64,000 bases of DNA from Haliotis cracherodii. Taxonomy: Eukaryota. The notes beneath the pieces are model-generated. The model worked only from the letters and a program-made list of their open reading frames with translations, was not told the DNA's origin and made no database searches. This document shows positions 11,634-24,055 of the stretch, in pieces (position 1 is the first letter of the stretch; the number at the start of each line of letters is the position of its first letter). Location of the stretch: positions 35,092,001 through 35,156,000 of the forward strand of contig NW_027266319.1 in assembly GCF_022045235.1 (NCBI RefSeq). Reading direction: 5' to 3'. A program made the position numbers and the translations under genes.

Positions 11634-12608
11634 ACATCATACCGTGATAAATATGTTGTTTCTGTTTCTTTTCTTTTCTTTTTTTAAATAAAAAAGTACC
11701 TGTTACATAACACAGGCTTCTGTCCAGGGTAGCAGAAAGTCTGTGACATGAAAAGAACGCTTTGAAAACGTTTTATGGTTGAAATGTGGAGGTCATGTCC
11801 AAATTTGACGCGTCAGTGACAAAAATAATGCCTGATACATTTCCCTACATGCATTGACTTGTACAAATGTTCCCCTGTACTTTTTGTTTTAAACTGAACA
11901 ATTGACTTGCCTTTGCTTGTGTTTGTGACGGATGTCAACGGTAGGGCAGGATACACTCACCATTTCGCAAACACCTGGTATCATCACTGTTTTATAGTGG
12001 TTCAAAACACATGCTCATGATAGTCGGAATCGAACAAAAGACTCAGCTTCAGTTGCGATTTCTTTGCATAAGGAAAGGGTTTTGTAGCTTTTTTTAAAGC
12101 TCTCTATATCCTAGTGGAAGATAACCGCAATACACCTTAAGACTGGGCAGCATCCCACCACGCCCATTTTATTAATGTAGTCACAATAACCTGGAAGTAA
12201 CCCCAGTTGATTATTTGAGTTGTTACCTGCAGATTTTGTCCGAAAGACTGAATTCAGAATGATCAAGGTTTCACTATAATAAATTTCAAACGACACGAGT
12301 GACCCATATTTCAACATGAAAGAACTGACGCCCTGTCACAACTTGTGACATGCGACTTAACCATGTACGTGACCAATGATCAGAAGCCCCCACAAAGCCA
12401 GCTGCCAGGAAAGAGATGATGTTAACGAGTATGTTACCTTTGTCATCCATCACTGTGAAGGCAGTCGCTTCTACAACAGACTCGTTGTGCAACATCCGAC
12501 AGAAAACAAAGACTCCGACAGCAATACCTCTCGTAACGCCGCCGCTTGAAACACAAGGTTCATGTGGTCATCTGGTCAGTGATGGATGGCCTGGCCGTCA
12601 TACCAGGG

Positions 12609-12665
12609 TATATATACACAGGTGGTAGGAAACGTCGTCACTTCTCAGTCAGTCTTCCCACACAG
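12609..12665 (+). promoter_or_regulatory. Gene B TATA box (12609-12616) and short non-coding exon 1 ending at donor CAG|GTGAGT (intron starts 12666)
   Basis: gggTATATATA, Inr-like tcacttc ~30 nt downstream, consensus donor; mirrors gene A. Confidence 0.65.
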
Positions 12666-13816
12666 GTGAGTCGTCTTGCATTCCATGTTTTCTTGATATG
12701 TTTCTTTGATTAGTAACTGCATCTTGTTCAGTGAGAGAGAAATGTGCGAAACGATGTCTTGCTTAAATAATTTAGGAAGCTAGAATATGCTTCTGTGCTT
12801 GTTATTGCTAACATCTTCAGATGAAATATGAGCCTTGGAGCGGAGAGAAATGTTACTTATAGTATAGAAGTTTCAATCGATAAAATGCTAATAAGATCCT
12901 GTGCAGTTAAAACCCGGTAATCCGGACGGTTACCGGAGATAGAAATGTCCGGAAAGGCAAATGTCCGTATTGACAGATTCTGACTACGTAGACACGTCCT
13001 TTCGGGTCCATACAGACCACTGACCGTCAATAAGGCGGTTGTCCAGAATACTGAAGTCGAAGTGTAGGATTTCATTATAAACAGCAGATACTGTAACTAG
13101 CATATTGGCAGAATATATCTCACATATCATAATCAATTCTTATATAATTTGAGGTTGAATTGACATTCTTTATTTCGGAGTAGAGTTGTACAGTCCTTAA
13201 TCTAGGCTCGTTCATTTTAATTTATCCCCGCAGCAATGTTCCAGTAATATGACGGTACTCATTTTAGTGATGTCAAAATGTCATCTGTGGCTGGGTAATT
13301 TTGCGTAGAAAAAGGTAGATTGGTTCAATGAAGACTGGGGTAAGACATGAATTCGCAACCACATGACCCCTACTGTCTTTTGTAATTTTGTCCCGAAAAA
13401 AGTAAATGTATTTATTTTCAAAAATGATGTCTAAGATACCAATGAACAGTTGTGTATTATGCGATTTTCGATTAAGGGTTTAAGTCAAATTATATTTTTT
13501 TAAATAAAACCAAGTAGAAGTATCCTCTGAATGCTAAACGCCAGTACAGATCGTTTCTTGGATATAATATCGATAACTTAAGATGTTTTCATTTGAAAAT
13601 CAAGCATATGATAAAATCAACAGGGAGGTATAGTTTCTTTAGACCTCCAGTTTACACAAATAATCTGTTTGTTGTTAATGTTAATCTTAGAGTTCGCTGT
13701 AATCAGCTAAGTAAGGAAATAGTGCATGATTTAGTTTCTATCGCATTGCATATTACTCACACTGTATACACCGCAATTTCTAGACCAGGCTGGTGTTTTG
13801 GACTGATCCATTACCA

Positions 13817-13978
13817 GTGTGTAAGTGTGGTTTTACGCCGCTTTTAGCAATATTCCAGCAATATCACGGCGGGGGACACCAGAAATGGGCTTCACACATT
13901 GTACCCATGTCGGGAATCGAACCCGGGTCTTCGGCGTGATGAGCGAACGCTTTAACCACTAGGCTACCCGACCGCCCC
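13817..13978 (-). mobile_element. SINE family 1 copy
   Basis: Near-consensus; TSD at(c/t)cattacca. Confidence 0.9.
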
Positions 13979-14094
13979 TATTCATTACCAACAAAGGTAT
14001 GTTATTATATGAGTGCAGGCGAAATACCATATCACCATTTCTGTTGGCAGGGTGGCTGTAGGCGAACTGTACTGTAGGTGACAGTATGGGTATA

Positions 14095-14411
14095 GGGGCG
14101 GTGGGGCAGCCCTGTGCATACAGTGTTCGCTCGTCACGCCGAAGGCCCGGGTTCGATTCCCCACATGGATATAATGTGCGAAGACACGTTTTGGCTACCG
14201 CTAAACAAAGATCTGAGGACATCCCATTACAAGTCACGTCAGGGGGCGGTCGGGTAGCCTAGTGGTTAAAGCGTTTGCTCGTCACGCCGTAGACCCGGGT
14301 TCGATTCCCGACATGGGTACAATGTGTGAAGCCCATTTCTGGTGTTCCCCGCCATGATATTGCTGGAATATTGCTAAAAGCGGCGTAAAACCATACTCAC
14401 TCACTCACTCA
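14095..14411 (+). mobile_element. Partial (14095-14190) plus full-length (14242-14411) SINE family 1 copies
   Basis: A/B boxes and (cact)n tail. Confidence 0.85.
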
Positions 14412-15149
14412 CCTCAGAACGTACACTGACCGATGAAATGGCTAAAGTGAAAAGTTGACTTTAGCCAATCAGAAAGCAACTTTCTCGAGCTATACGGCAC
14501 TAGTTTCAAACTGACGACTACGTTTTGAAAAAATATGTCAAATTTTCGATTCAAAATATGAAAACCGAACAAGAGAACATTCTGGCACCTCTATGAGATG
14601 GCCTAGATTGTATGGCAGTATATCCCACGGGCAATGCAAAGTCACTTTCCTGATGTGGTAAGCGAAACTCTGATTGGTAGGATGAAAGGTCGTTCTGACA
14701 TGACCCGTAATGGGATGTTCTCAAATCTTGGTTTAGCGGTAGCGAGAGTAAGATCTGATTATAATTAGATTGCATAAAACCATACTCACCACTACCTAAC
14801 TATTTGCGCATGAGCAAATCTTTGATCCAACCTGGTTTGCTAAATAGATGAAGGTGAAGGTCGATCAGACATATTAAAAAACAGGGTCATCTCGTGCATG
14901 GATATGTTTTCTCTTGAAGTTCAAAGAACTGGCACTTTTTTCTGTCAGCAACATTTAGGTACTTGATCATATCAAATGTACAAAACTTTCGAGCGTAAGG
15001 TAGAAAAATGGCTGGTTGTCATGAGAATTTTCAAAACAATATTTTGAAAATGTTCCGTATGATTAAAATTAGACATCATGTGTTTCCAAAACAGTTCCAT
15101 CGGTGGCATTGCTGCTTCCGAAAATGGTTTGTCAATATAGTTAGACATA

Positions 15150-15246
15150 CCTGTGCCCCGTTCCTCAAAGCAATCTTAGCGCTACGATGATCTTAAGACT
15201 TACGATCACCTTAGAGCTAAGATCGCTTTGAGGAACGGGGCCCTGG
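15150..15246. mobile_element. Hairpin MITE related to 10630-10730
   Basis: gccccgttcctcaaagc...gctttgaggaacggggc palindrome. Confidence 0.75.
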
Positions 15247-15635
15247 TTACTTTAAGTCGTATTGTCAACTGCTCTGCATCTTTTTGTATTGTATTGAAAA
15301 TAGTTCTTTATTTCAATTTGCCTAATATGATAACATAGGTCCAAATTCTCAGGAAGAAAAGATTTAAGGTTTATTTAGTAACTTGAAGTGACTCTCCAGG
15401 CACAAACTCTGTTGTCAAGAGATACCTGTCGGACTTTCTACTACACGTTAGTCCCTAGTGACAGTGTTAAGGTTGATCCCCGGTATGACGTTATTCGGAT
15501 GACGAGGTCAGTCCTCGCTTTTATTCGTGTGAAGACTAACTTTAGAATAGATACACTGGCGGGTTTATTTGTCCCGTAGCTGACACCAATCCTTTTTGCC
15601 CAATCCATTCGGCGTTACACCGAGCCAAGGCCTTC

Positions 15636-15785
15636 TGGGGTGTGCCGACAACGTGTTTGGGGATGTGTCGACATCATGTGTTTGGGGATGTGTTGACGCC
15701 AGGTGTTTGGGGATGTGCCGACCCCAGGTGTTTGGGGATGTGTTGACGCCAGGTGTTTGGGGATGTGTTGACATCAAGTGTTTGC
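15636..15785. repeat. 25-bp minisatellite (gtgtttggggatgtgttgacgccag), ~6 copies
   Basis: Direct observation. Confidence 0.85.
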
Positions 15786-15919
15786 GGTTGCACCTAGCCC
15801 ATGTGTTACGCGATGCTCAGCCCAATCAAGCATTAGGTGATATCATGCACCAGATTATCCGATGTCACACTACATGTACACCTATTTAAGATGTCATGTT
15901 TGTTTCAGCAGGTGAGAAG

Positions 15920-18581
15920 ATGAAGTTGGCGTTGTTTGGACTTGTCTGTGTTCTGGCGTTGGCTGCTGGTGAGTAGTGTCCCGGTCATGTTAATGTCACA
16001 CTACATCATCATGACACAGGTGTAGTCTCGTTACTACTACTTACAGTGTGTCCCGCACGGATGACACAATGATGCTTCTTCAAGTTCAAAATGTGCCATT
16101 GTCACCATAAGCTTTACTCCAAGATGATGACGCTAAAGCCGCCCGGATTTCTAAACATGGATCAGTATTGACAATTGTGATCACCTCCCTGTCATATTCT
16201 AATGCACAATATTCTTCCCTGCAGGTCAACAGCCTCCCCCTTCACCATACCCAGAAGCACCGTCTGGGGCGCCCTACGATGTCCAAGCTGCACCGTCTGG
16301 GGCGCTCTTCGATCTCCATGCTGCACAGTCTGGAGCGCCCTACGATCCCCAAGCAGCACAGTCTGGAGCGCCCTACGATCCCCAAGCTGCACAGCCTGGA
16401 GCGCCTTACGATCCCCAAGCTGCACAGTCTGGAGCGCCCTACGATCCCCAAGCTGCACAGTCTGGAGCGCCCTACGATGTCCAAGCTGCACAGTCTGGAG
16501 CGCCCTACAATCCCCAAGCCGCACAGTCTGGAGCGCCCTACGATGTCCAAGCTGCACAGTCTGGAGCGCCCTACAATCCCCAAGCCGCACAGTCTGGAGC
16601 GCCCTACAATCCCCAAGCTGCACAGTCTGGAGCGCCTTACGATCCCCAAGCCGCACAGTCTGGAGCGCCCTACAATCCCCAAGCTGCACAGTCTGGAGCG
16701 CCCTACAATCCCCAAGCTGCACAGTCTGGAGCGCCTTACGATCCCCAAGCCGCACAGTTTGGAGCGCCCTACAATCCCCAAGCCGCACTATCTGGAGCAC
16801 CCTATGACCCCCAAGCAGCACAGTCTGGAGCCCCCTACGATCCCCAAGCCGGACAGTCTGGAGCGCCCTACAATCCCCAAGCCGCACTATCTGGAGCACC
16901 CTATGACCCCCAAGCAGCACAGTCTGGAGCCCCCTACGATCCCCAAGCCGCACAGTCTGGAGCGCCCTACAATCCCCAGGCTCCTCTGTCTGGAGGTGGT
17001 CCAGTGGATGTCATCAACAACATGGGCGCCCCTCCGCCTGGAATGCCCAGCTCCTATCCGGATCAATATTCTACGTCAGGTTCTAGTACTAACACTGTTA
17101 ATCATTACCCTGCAGGTCCAAACAACCCCCTCCCCCTTTCATATTCTACAAACTCAAATGGCCTTCTTCCCGTTACATACCCAGCTGACCCAAAAGCCCC
17201 CTTTCCCGTCCAAAGCGCTGCAGGTCCAAATGCCCCCCTTCCAAGTCAATACTTTTCAGGACAAAATGATCTAATGACTCCTTACTACTCCAGCCAAAAA
17301 ACAGGCTCTTCTTCTGGAACCTACCCCATTCAACATAACGGGTCCCCGCCAAACCCGTATTCTGGAACACCAAGCAGTCCTCTGCCTAATTCCTTCAACC
17401 AGTTAAATAATTTTGCTTCTAACCCCCAAGCAGCCCAACAGAGCGGCCCATACTCAGGTCCTGGACTTAACACTTACTCTTCAACACAGAACCAACCCAC
17501 ATCTAATCAAAGTCCACAGAACCACCTTATGCTGAGCTCACAGATTGGTAAAACCACTAACCCATTCTCACATCACCAGAACAGTCTTGGAACCAACCCT
17601 ACGTCTGGCACACAGAATGGACCTATAATGAACACTATGTATAATGCAATGTCAGGCATACAGAACAGTTCAGCAACCAATCCCATGACAGGAAAGAACA
17701 GTTCCCCAGTAAACCCTTACTCTTCGCAACAGAATATGTTCATGTCAGGTGCACAGAACAGTTCAGCAACTAGCCCCTTCTCAAGTCAGCAGCGTAGTCA
17801 CCCTTACCCTGGAATTGCTAACATGAGAGCTACTGGGAGTGCCTATCCTGGTCTCAATCATGGGACTTCAATGCAGAACAGTAATCCAATGTTCAGTGGA
17901 ATGAACATGGCCTCCTCCGGCCCCAACTCTGGTGCTATGCCCTCCCCTTACAGTGCCCGTCCAGCAGGGATGCAACCAATCACAGGCATGCCATCTGGAC
18001 CCCTCTCTGCTATGCTTTCAGGCTTGGGAGGAAGCCCAATGTCCGGGATGGGTTCAGGGTATTCTGGAATGGGTTCACATATGGGAGGCATGGGATCACC
18101 GATGGGAGGAATGGGTTCAAGAATGATGTCAGGGCCTGGCTCAAGAATGTATCCCAGATCAGGAGTAAGTTCAGCCAGCCAACAGAAGTCCAGCAGCCAA
18201 CAGAACCAGTTTGCTTCCTTTCTTCCATTCTTACTTCGTGGTGCCACCCCAGAGACAAGGAAGATGATGATGATGATGTCTATGATGCAAGGAGGGGGTG
18301 GCAACAACAATATGATGAACATGATGCCGCTGCTGTTAATGAACGGAGGAGGGGGAGGAGAGGGCATGAACCCCTTGATGATGATGGCCATGTCCCAAGG
18401 AGGAGGAGGAGCATCCCAAATGATGCCACTCATGATGATGGCGATGTCTGGTGGAGAGATGAACATGAACTCCATGCTCCCTTACATGATGGCCAGCCAG
18501 ATGAATTCCGGGGGTCAGGCACAAGGGGGATCATGGGGTGGTAATCAGGGAATGGCCTCCATGCTACCGTTCCTCTTGTAG
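15920..18581 (+). CDS. Gene B: secreted low-complexity protein, 801 aa; join(15920..15968,16225..18581); AAQSGAPY(D/N)PQ repeats, then P/S/N/Q-rich region, then Met/Gly-rich C-terminus; paralog of gene A
   Basis: Exon 2 encodes MKLALFGLVCVLALAAG with phase-1 donor G|GTGAGT; acceptor ttcttccctgcag at 16224; exon 3 is open and in frame with ORF 17004-18581; C-terminal ~120 aa align with gene A. Confidence 0.85.
16255..16985 (+). repeat. Coding 33-bp tandem repeat, ~22 copies (AAQSGAPYDPQ/AAQSGAPYNPQ)
   Basis: gctgcacagtctggagcgccctacgatccccaa units in the frame fixed by splicing. Confidence 0.9.
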
Positions 18582-18654
18582 CCTCCCTTAAATCTGTCAC
18601 CAGGGGCACTTACAGAGACGTCCTGTCCCCATCAACCAGCAATGTGTATAACAC

Positions 18655-18800
18655 CCAGTGTCATATCACATCCCCTGTGTCTTGATATCACATTCCTGTG
18701 TCTTGATATCACATCCCCTGTGTCTTGATATCACATTCCTGTGTCTTGATACCACATTCCCTGTGTCTTGATATCACATTCCCTGTCTTGATATCACACT
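18655..18800. repeat. 21-23 bp tandem repeat (tgtgtcttgatatcacattccc) in gene B 3' UTR
   Basis: About 6 copies. Confidence 0.85.
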
Positions 18801-19402
18801 GTTTTATGTCATATGTGCTAAGTGCCATGTATACCTTCTTGTAAATACACTGTTGTATTTCCGGTGAACAATTTGATGTCTTTGTTGAACGCAACTAAAT
18901 GATAAATCTTCAAACTCATATTAGTGAACAAGGCACTCTCGTGTCATAGTATATACCACTACACGTTGTACCATGTGGCACACTTGGATGATAAGGCGTA
19001 CCCTTGCCAAAATATACCATGTAAGGAAATATTGATAAAAATAATGTGTCAATATCATTTGTTTTGTTTCTATATCAACATCCTTAAAAGCAAATTATCT
19101 CTGAAGCTGATCACAGTACTGTTGCTGATATACCACTGACCCAAGCAAGATGTCAGTGAGTGAATGTTAGTTTACTGGGGTGTCAAAATATATGCATAGA
19201 AACGTTTGTGGAAAGTTGATATTTTTCACGGGAAGTTTGCCTTTGCAGTTTGCGCACAGATCATGTGGTCAAAATACACGAAGACAAGTACTGTTATCAT
19301 TGTCTAACACCATACTTCATTAAATGATATCATTTTATTGGATGTGATGTCAATAGACAGGAATAGTTTATTGATATAAACGAAAACATTTCCATAACCA
19401 TA

Positions 19403-19554
19403 AGTGAGTGAGTGAGTGAATATGGTTTTACGCCGCTTTTAGCAATATTCCAGCAATATCACGGTGGATTCACACATTGTACCCATGTTGGGAATCGAAC
19501 CCGGGTCTTCGGCGTGACGAACGAACGCTTTAACCACTAGGCTACCCGACCGCC
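19403..19554 (-). mobile_element. SINE family 1 copy with internal deletion
   Basis: Matches the family 1 consensus. Confidence 0.85.
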
Positions 19555-20061
19555 ATAACCATAAGAAATATCTGCTAAAAGCAGCATCTGTACGATTCTG
19601 ACAGCACAAGCATGTCTTGTGGATCACTATCAAATACTGATGACACCAGGGATTGGCGATTAGTCAAAGTGTAAGTGGTCATTAATCACAAATAACTCAA
19701 AATGGTGATTTTCACTTAAATAACTTTAATTCTGGAAAAAGCCACAATATTTATTATTTACTTTCAAATAAAATTTGACAAAGAGCATCACAAGTTCAAT
19801 GAATAATTAATTTTCAATATACCTCCCAGTAGGTATCCTGAAATGAAAGAATAATAATAATTCAGACTTTGTAGAATCACACACACTCTGAGGACACTGC
19901 ACTCACGTAGAGCACAAATACGTGTGCATGGTCAGCAACCTTCCTCACGCAAGAATCACGAAAGACTTTCTGTTGTCAGACCCAACTTATTCTGTTCTCG
20001 TATATTCCATTCCATTTTTCAGACATATTCAGTCTGTTCTCAGATATCTCAGATACATGTA

Positions 20062-20237
20062 CAGTAAACTATGGTTATAACGAAGTCAAAGGGACCACTA
20101 ATTTTAGTTTGTTATAACCATAGTTCGTTAAAATCATATACACATCGTATATACAGCAAATGGACAGGGGAATAAACTCCAGTTTGTTATATCCGTCAGT
20201 TCAATATAAGTGTGTTCGTTATAACTGTAGTTTACTG
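20062..20237. mobile_element. Tc1/mariner-pogo-type MITE
   Basis: TA flanks; TIRs cagtaaactatggttataacgaa / ttcgttataactgtagtttactg. Confidence 0.75.
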
Positions 20238-20257
20238 TATTCTTATCACCCCAACCC

Positions 20258-20680
20258 ATCAACACACAACCCATTCTGTTCTCAGATCCATTCATTCTGT
20301 ATTCAACACACAACCCATTCTGTTCTCAGATCCATTCATTCTGTATTCAACACACAACCCATTCTGTTCTCAGATCCATTCATTCTGTATTCAACACACA
20401 ACCCATTCTGTTCTCAGATCCATTCATTCTGTATTCAACACACAACCCTTTCTGTTCTCAGATCCATTCGTTCTGTATTCAACACACAACCCTTTCTGTT
20501 CTCAGATCCATTCGTTCTGTATTCAACACACAACCCTTTCTGTTCTCAGATCCATTCATTCTGTATTCAACACACAACCCTTTCTGTTCTCAGATCCATT
20601 CATTCTGTATTCAACACACAACCCTTTCTGTTCTCAGATCCATTCATTCTGTATTCAACACACAACCCTTTCTGTTCTCC
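20258..20680. repeat. 44-bp minisatellite, ~10 copies
   Basis: tcaacacacaacccattctgttctcagatccattcattctgtat. Confidence 0.95.
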
Positions 20681-23600
20681 GACACCACCTTAATCACCCT
20701 TGCTGTCACGCACACTATAGTCAACCAACTGTACATTTTACCTCAGTAAACTGAGATGTGCAAATCAATTCATTCATCAATAAATACCATCTTTATCCCA
20801 CTGAATGATACTACACAGACTGATACTGATGAACCATTTACAAATATAAAATAATCTTCAGAATGCAGTCAATTTTGATATATTTATGGATGAAGCCTCA
20901 CTCCATCCAAGATGTGAAATCTTTTGTTGAAGCCTCATCTAATGCCACACAGATGTACTGATGCTGTCATCTTAGGGTGAAGAAGCAAACAAAACATGAT
21001 TCAAGTTTTCCAGAAACAAAGGTTAGAAAAAACCCAATATATCAGATCTTGGGAAATTTCATGTCGGCAGAATATGCGTCAAAGTATCAAAACCTCAGTA
21101 CCTTATTTCATAGCAAAATTCATAAATTAAACTTGAAGTAACTTGAAATAAATACTTCAACATGTTAAAATATATTGTGTCCTATCCAACTATTTGTATA
21201 TGGAATGAATCAGTTAAGTAACTAAGTATCAGGGTATCAAATATACATGGAGATCCATAAATGAAAGTGTGCGTAACAGGTCAAACTTAAATCTTAAAAA
21301 ATGCCTCTTGATAGCTTTAGGGTGGATCTATGGTCAGTCAGCAATATATGATGTGTTGTTGAGGTGACATTTCAGCTTCATAAACTTAAAAGTTAAAATC
21401 ATGATAATTGCTATATATAAGATTTTACTCTACATGAATGACTGTGATATGGTTAAAATCTGATTGGACTTCTGTCAATAAAAACATTGCTCTTGATAGG
21501 ATTGTTAAAACCAGTGCTTTGAGATTTCTAAATTGCTGCACAACTAAATCAGAGGAGAACATGAAGGTTGACAGACTGACCCAGAAGACAACCATTGGCC
21601 TCACACAGATAAAGATGTTCAAAACAAACTTCCTCAAGCTTCTTTCAAGATTTGAAACAACTTTAAAATTTCATAACAATGTTAATTTCTTCTGTGCCAA
21701 AATGTTTTCAAAATTTTATAGTTCAGCCTTTTCCTCTGACGAAGTCAGAGTACAAGAACGGCATTGTAATGTTCAATGGGAAATATGCTCAAGTTTCCTG
21801 CTCATTTAGTGGAATGAATTATGTTTCCTTAGTGACATAAAGGTTGTCGTATTCAGCAGTATATCAATTGGCAATACATAGTTTCATCTTCTCAACAAAA
21901 TAAATACAACACTCTGTATGCTGATTTACCACTATTAAGCTCTGCAGTCTCCAAAACAAAGGGGAGTCTAAGGGTGGTTGAGATTTGTTTCTTTTGTTAA
22001 GAAATAGGAGCCCGTCAATATGTCACCATTGACTATATAGTCATGACAAGTACCCATTCACGCTGCACTTCTTCCAGAAACTTGCTTGGTGGAATGGATT
22101 CTCAAATACCCTTCCTTTCTACAACGCACAACCCTGACTAGCCGACGACAACACACAACCCTGCCTAGCCAAGTACAACACTACATACACAAGCACTGTG
22201 TCATACCCTGTCAGTGAAAGATTTTTCAGGTACATTCTAAATCCAGTGATTAACATACGTCACAAACTATTTGGAATATTATGAGTTCTGATTACATACA
22301 AACATTATATGCAAATCAAAAGAAGTTAAAGAACATCCAGGTTTTTCAGAGACTATAGTTACTCCGTCATTCCATGAACACTTTTCTGTAATCAACATAT
22401 GCAACACAAAGGGTGTTATTTAACAAGGTCAATGACCATGGGGTGCCTAATGAGATGACAGATGACATGTTTATTGAGTTTATTGACTGGTATTTATCTG
22501 GACCTGCTCAGAGACCCGCGTCGCCAGCAGCACATTTGCTTCAGCCCCAGGTCTGCACCAAATGTCATTCAAAATTCCCAAATGGTTACAATAAATTTCT
22601 TAATTCATGTACCGGTAATAACTAATTAGACGGTTTTGAACAGGTAGCCTGCACCTCACTTATAAGAGAATCTCTATGAGGAAAGGGTTTTGATGCTTAG
22701 TTTAATAATCCATTAAATGCAATCTCAAAATACAATAAGTAACTCTGAATTAAAAAAAGTATGAACTATAAAAAAGCCTCAATTTTGAACAAAATAACAT
22801 TTTTGCCAAATTGCCTTCAATGGCACTAAGTTTAGAACCTAGATGAATCCCTGAGTGAACACATGCTTCATTCTTATTTTTCCCATTTGGCTTTACCTCA
22901 TAATACTGCTCACATCATCAAATGTTCCTGATGCAACAAACACAGTTCCACGTGGATGTATGGGTGTGAGAGGGCACATGTACAAAAAAATAATAATAAC
23001 TGGAGCATGTATTAGTGAAGGAGCACCAATATAGCCAATTACAGTATGTAAAACTGGAACACCACATCAAGTCACATAAACCCGTAAACAAGCACAATCA
23101 ATGCCCGTTTTGACATATTCTCTGGGATCTGGTTATACTGTCATATTGTATATACAAAAACCTGGCAGACATCACATCTGGGTAAAATTGTCATCAAAAT
23201 ATATAGTGTTTTACAAACAGTATTTGATCAATCACTCTTCGATTACATACACACTGGTACAGCAAGTTGCAGCATAAGCAGACAACATGACCGGGAAGCA
23301 TACGCTCCAGTGACATGAGAAGTTGTGCAAACAACTAATTCTAAACACTGTACCATGATAAGTACTTTTGTTCAAATTTCAAACCGAACACAATATTTGT
23401 AAAAGTTACATCACGGACGAAATGAATTAAACCTCTTACAAACAAATTCAGACAGGACAACTTTTTCAAGAAAAGACAATATTGAGCAAATTTCATTTGG
23501 AATGACTTGCCAAACACAAATCACAAAAACTATTTATCTCAACATCTTAAACATGATTAGCTCAATAAACATCAGAGAAAAGTGCTTTAATCCTATCAAC

Positions 23601-24055
23601 GTACCATAAAATAACAAATCTTTTACCTATTACCTATTGTATGCCAAACTATTGTACATGTCACAAATGCTATATCCAACAAGACTGGTTAAGACATTTG
23701 CTTATTGATTATATGACGATAATGCCATTGTGATGAGGTCCGGATACACATAAAATTATACATTTCTTTATTACATATCTGCATAACTCTCTTCATCCAG
23801 ACAAGCAATCATTGTGTTACTGTTGAATACATATCACCATACTAACTGGAAAACAGATAACTTTCAATTCAACAAAACTTTGTAACAGCTTTCAGGCATT
23901 TCTTTGTCCAAAAGAAATTCCATGTTGAGAAGACAGATGTCAAGTTTTCACAAAGTTATACTGTGTCTATGCTATTTCAAAGATGATCTATTCTCAAACA
24001 AGTCTCTCCAGACACTGCTGTTGCTATGGTACCTCTAGTCTGTGTTGTTGCTTTA

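Noticed and set aside
16168-17274. 368-aa HSLERPTIPK ORF and other overlapping or antisense ORFs as the main gene B product
   Set aside because: Splice phase from the signal-peptide exon and continuity with ORF 17004-18581 select the AAQSGAPYDPQ frame; the others are shadows of the 33-bp repeat.
20160-20754. 177- and 180-aa ORFs
   Set aside because: Artefacts of the 44-bp minisatellite.
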